Source: Rhodosorus marinus CCMP1338 (Eukaryota; Plantae; Rhodophyta). Taken from it: a DNA stretch of 64,000 bases. The notes beneath the pieces are model-generated. The model did not search any database, was not told where the DNA came from, and saw only the letters and a list, made by a program, of their open reading frames with translations. The DNA lies in contig JAMWBK010000012.1 of assembly GCA_029953675.1 (NCBI GenBank), forward strand, positions 992,001 to 1,056,000, in the 5' to 3' direction. Within the stretch, counting starts at the first letter, position 1; each line of letters starts with the position of its first letter. The position numbers and the translations under genes were made by a program. Shown here one piece after another: positions 59,541 through 64,000 of this stretch.

Positions 59541-61913
59541 CGCGCTTAGTGGAAAGAGTATACTTCAAAACATGAGCATACTTTTCACTGGAAGTTTTTC
59601 GCATCGGTCCAATGCCCTTTGCTTTCGGAATTGGCTCAAATTTCGCGAGCTTGTAAGAAGATCCTGGTAGGCAATTGGGACCTGGGGATGGAGCGTCATA
59701 TTCTGTCTGGATAGTCGGGTGCGACTTTAAGGGGGGGGAGGGTGGTAAGGATGCGAAGGGCTCCCGCATATCTGTCGTTTACAGAAAGTTCCGGAATGGT
59801 GGTTAATGCAAAAGGTCGCGTAGCGAAAAATTCATTGCAGTTTTACACCCCGCGAGCATATTGTTGTAGATATTGGGGTCCATAAATCCACCACGAGTAC
59901 TTCGCGCTCGGAGGACGGGATTCCGGTGGCTGGTAGTGAACGCCACCCCGCAGAGCAAGATTCAACATAATAAGTTGAATTCATCTGCTCTACCACGTTT
60001 CAACCACCGAGGGGTGCTGCCATGCGGGACCCTGTCCTACGGATACCGCCACCACCACATGAGAATCCGAACTCAGCCAGTTGGTTTACAATTTGTCAGT
60101 TCTAGAAACACCAGTCCGTAAGGCCTTCACTCACGCCTTGACATATCCCAATGAGTACACGTTGAGCACGACTCTGTTCGGCTCGTGGGTCCCCCGCTCT
60201 CCAACGGGGGAGTCTGTTGTTGAATCCAAAACCCTTGAGCAAAAATACTTGTGCACAACATACCAGTGGAGAGCAGTTGTCTCGATGATTGTTGAGCATA
60301 CACACCCCGCCCGGGACCTCTCCTTGCGATACCGCCTGCACACCAATGATCGTTCGCCGAAGCACCATCGTTGCACAGAACAAAAACCATTTGCGGGGAA
60401 AAATTGATCAATCCGACGAGAAAAAAAGTCTCCGGAACGGAAGTTCATGAAATTACGTAATAATTAAACATAAAATTAGAGCAATCGGCGACTAGTTTCG
60501 TGTCCGATCCAAAGCGTCTCGGACGGAATAAAAAGGACAAAAAAAAAAAAAGTTCTTTATTTGTTCGTCCGAGAACATCGGTCCGATAACGACATATCGG
60601 CGTCCGATATTCCTCATTCAATCAGAAAACAGTGCTTGATGCTCAATCTTCTTCATCTCAGAGGTGGTCTTAATTCAAAATCAAGAGACAGCTTGTCATA
60701 CCGAGAAGTAATTATTATTCAATATCTGGATGGGAGATGATTGATTATTTGACACATGCGTTGATTGATTGAGTAGGGGGGACGTTTTAAATCGGACGAC
60801 CAACAAGACGGGTTTTTTTGAAGGAATTTCAAAACATACGTTAATTCATTTACTTTTTGTATTTTTGTTCTATAGTCTATCCACGAATGAGAATTTATCC
60901 GATAGTTTACGACAGTCTGGTATCTGGTCACAATCATCACCTTCTTATGATAATTTTCAAGATCTTCCAAAGCCCTCCTCCAACTCCTCCTGCTCCTTAA
61001 AAAAAAAATAGTTTTCAACCGATCTTCAAGCGGCTTGTTTTTGGTGGATCCCTTACATGAATTATTCTATATTTTGATCCGCGCGCAAACGTCAGCTCCG
61101 ATCGTGATTTTCTACGATTTCACGATGCACCGAATCAATTTCCCAATACTTTTTGATGCAAATCTCGAGATTGTTACCAAAATATCTGATTTTTTTAAAA
61201 ATACTACTTTTGTCAAGCCAAAAATCAAAAAATAAAATAAAAATTGCAGTTTCCTGAAATGAAGCCTCGTTTTCTTAAACTTTTTCTTTTTTGTCAACCA
61301 ACCAATCCCAACTACCCCTATACCTAAACTGTAAAAATCAAACAGGTAGAATATTATTTATAAATGATAAATGGAATTCGACCGATCCTCTCCACCCCTC
61401 ACTCAGTCTATACAACAGCAGCATTTCATATTGGTTCTGGGACTTTGTTAGTAGCTTACGACTTTCGCAGTCATACGAAGAATGTTTGATAAAGGAGAGA
61501 TCACTATTCGAAGAGAAGGGATGTGGTCTGCCGGAGGAAACATACAAAGTTCCAGCAGCCCCCAACTCAGAAACCAGCAAGGAGCGTTGTTCGTTCCGGC
61601 ACCCCCAAGAGGTGCAAACAACTTGGATTGTGGTCAGTTCAACCAACTCCCTGTTCCCTCCCCCTGGCACTGGAGCAACGGTCAACGGTCTGGAGCGTTT
61701 TGCTGTTTAGTGTTTAGCTCCCAAGGCGACAAAGGAAATGAACTCTTAGGTAAGATTTGGCTAACATCGTTTTCGACAGAACCCATGTTGGTTAGAACGT
61801 AAAGAAAAACAGAGAATGATAAGCATGTGACCATTAGAACGGAGGACGAAAAGGAGACCACGGGGAGGGGGGGGAAAGGAGGGAATGAGGACCTCCGTCC
61901 ATATTGGGGTTTC

Positions 61914-62380
61914 GTTCCCAACAGGCCTTTGGAATCGATCCAATTCGATCAACTTTGATCGAGGCTACTGGACTCAGTAAAATCACTGCTGGATCCTTCG
62001 GTTTGGATAGTATGCTTAACCTGCAGGATGTCCCCTGGGCTCTCCGGTGGATGTTTGTGTGGGTCATCGCTTGGTTTCGCTAAGGAGAAAATATCAACGG
62101 TTTGTCGCGACTAGGGAAACCCCGCGTGACGGACGAGGATAAATTTTGTTCCCAACAGCCCTTAGGAATCGATCCAATTCGATCAACTTTGATCGTGGCT
62201 ACTGGACGCAGTAAAATCACTACTGGATCCTTCGGTTTTGATAGTATGCTTGACCGGCAGGATGTCCCCTGGGCTCTCCGGTGGATGTTTGTGTGGGTCA
62301 TAGCTTGGTTTCGCTAAGGAGAAAATATCAACGGTTTGTCGCGACTTCGGAAACCCCGGGTGACGGACGGGTATAAATAC
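61914..62380 (+). promoter_or_regulatory. 234-bp-period tandem duplication ending at the TATA box (TATAAAT, 62372) of the RTX gene
   Basis: Copies 61914-62135 and 62148-62369 are near-identical; copy 1 is followed by ggataaatt, copy 2 by ggtataaata. Confidence 0.8.
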
Positions 62381-62483
62381 GTCCGCGGATGTGGTGGGCC
62401 GAGCACTAGTTCGTCGCACTTCAGCGTCGGCATTGAGTGTGCGCGAGTGGCTTTTTTGGCAGGCTGTTCTCGAAGGTCTCAAG

Positions 62484-63818
62484 ATGGACAATTCTCAAAT
62501 TCGATACGTCGTTCTGATGCTCATAGTCGCTGCATGCGCGAGCGGAGTTAAGCTTGGCGATGGGAAACCGATGCTGGCGGTCAGGCCACCGGGTAGTACT
62601 GTGTGCGACGCGGAGCTGCTGCCAACGCAGTTCGTAAAGGATTTCCAGGAGACATGCTTCCCTCTACTCGACATTGATCAGCGCGAGCTTGGGACCATGT
62701 GCACGTCTACGATGGACACGGGCTCGAAGAAATGTGTGCGGGTCAGATTTACTGCTATTACAAGCAACTTGAGGAGCTTGAAGGTAGGCATCTACCAGGA
62801 CTGCAACATGGTCCCAGACAATAATCCGTTCACCCACATCAAAACAGCATCGGGCTCAACAAAAACAAAGTCGGTGACCATTTGCCCCGATGAGATCGAA
62901 GCAAATACGAACTGCTGCGAAGCCAATCTCTGCATGGCGGCAGAGGGATCAGTGAAGAAGCGGGGCGCAGTCTTAAAGGTCAGACCAGGCGAGGGCTGCT
63001 CCACGGGTACAAGCGGCAACGGAAACGGACGTATTTGTCCCCTTATGTTGAACTGCGTGAACGTAGTTACTGGCACAAACGGAGCTGACATCCTGATGGG
63101 GACGAACTACGTTGACTACATCTACGGGTTGGGTGGAAATGATACCATCGACTCGTATGCAGGAAACGATGTAATCTTTGCGGGAAGCGGCGATGACTAC
63201 GTTAATGCCGGATTCGGAAACGACAAGGTTTACGGGGAAGACGGGGATGATTACGTTTACGGCGACAACGGTGATGACTACATATCAGGTGGAGATGGCA
63301 TGGACAACCTTAGCGGCGGCAATGGGGATGACGAGATTAAAGGCGGTAAAGACGAGGACGATATATTTGGTGGAAATGGAGATGACAATCTGCTAGGTGG
63401 AGACGACGATGATTTCATCCAGGGAGGAGCTGGCAACGATCGCATCCGCGGATACGACGGTAACGACCTACTGCGTGGCAACCATGGGGACGACAATTTG
63501 GGCGGTGGCTCCGGCGATGATTACATGCAGGCCGGTTATGGAAATGACGTGGTGAACGGAAATTCCGGGGACGACGGCATTTACGATTACTACGGTAATG
63601 ACATTCTCAAGGGCGGAGGCGACAACGACAACATCGCAGACTTTTTCGGAGACAACTTCGTCGACGGCGGTGGGGGTAATGATATCATCAATACCGGAGA
63701 TGGCGATGACGAAATCCTCGGTAAGGAAGGCGACGATGATATTACGAGCGGTGGAGGGTTTGACGTTATTGATCCAGGACCGGGAAACGATACTGTCGAC
63801 GGCGTACCAAATCTTTAA
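62484..63818 (+). CDS. Secreted protein (444 aa): signal peptide, unassigned Cys domain and 27 RTX (GGxGxDxLx) Ca2+-binding nonapeptides; intronless
   Basis: ATG 62484 MDNSQIRYVVLMLIVAACASG; uninterrupted 9-residue repeats from GTNGADILM to PGPGNDTVD. Confidence 0.92.
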   Translation: MDNSQIRYVVLMLIVAACASGVKLGDGKPMLAVRPPGSTVCDAELLPTQFVKDFQETCFPLLDIDQRELGTMCTSTMDTGSKKCVRVRFTAITSNLRSLKVGIYQDCNMVPDNNPFTHIKTASGSTKTKSVTICPDEIEANTNCCEANLCMAAEGSVKKRGAVLKVRPGEGCSTGTSGNGNGRICPLMLNCVNVVTGTNGADILMGTNYVDYIYGLGGNDTIDSYAGNDVIFAGSGDDYVNAGFGNDKVYGEDGDDYVYGDNGDDYISGGDGMDNLSGGNGDDEIKGGKDEDDIFGGNGDDNLLGGDDDDFIQGGAGNDRIRGYDGNDLLRGNHGDDNLGGGSGDDYMQAGYGNDVVNGNSGDDGIYDYYGNDILKGGGDNDNIADFFGDNFVDGGGGNDIINTGDGDDEILGKEGDDDITSGGGFDVIDPGPGNDTVDGVPNL

Positions 63819-64000
63819 GTCGTTGGCGTCCCCGTAAGGGTTTTGTTGCCCTTACGCCTGCTAGCAATTGTCTACAAGGGTCATCCTTTGCTTGGACATA
63901 ATAGCTTTCGCCCTGCGGGGCGTTCGCGACTGCGGTATCCTCACGCGCAAGGATCAGGGAATGACCAATAAAGGCAGGGCCTTCGAAATATATCCGACAT

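Noticed and set aside
1-64000. Prokaryotic origin or contamination suggested by cimA, yidD, the RTX protein and the PTP
   Set aside because: cimA and the PTP carry spliceosomal introns, cimA and YidD have targeting extensions, the RTX protein has a Sec signal and TATA box, and all are collinear with intron-rich eukaryotic genes.

Overview
Eukaryotic nuclear DNA, most likely a red alga or another primary-plastid alga. This is inference from short GT-AG introns and from plastid-type proteins (CimA, one-helix LHC-like, YidD, rhomboid) whose N-terminal extensions look like transit peptides (M-x-[AG]-F-V-like in some) with no signal peptide. The window has two compartments. About 2.7-32.7 kb is gene-dense housekeeping DNA: ATM1 ABC transporter, processive GT2, PRMT3-N-like protein, kinase-only VIP1/PPIP5K, MRC1-like protein, two rhomboids, YidD, a CX5R phosphatase, citramalate synthase, Mpv17/PMP22 and HLIP/OHP, with AT-rich divergent promoters. 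About 33-62 kb is a transposon graveyard: Ty1/copia fragments, three LTR ends with half-tRNAiMet PBS, and at least three families of CRE/SLACS-like RLE non-LTR retrotransposons, one very recently active with clear TSDs. Embedded in it are genes for secreted modular proteins. The best candidate for an undescribed system is a secreted-protein family sharing an unassigned Cys-rich N-terminal domain. One member (37665-41171) carries about 13 Cys modules and has ten introns, all phase 0. The other (62484-63818) carries 27 bacterial-style RTX Ca2+-binding nonapeptides. Nearby is an intronless astacin-C2-EGF-C2 pseudogene with two partial copies. Exon models were read by eye; no database searches were run, and family assignments come from recognised motifs.
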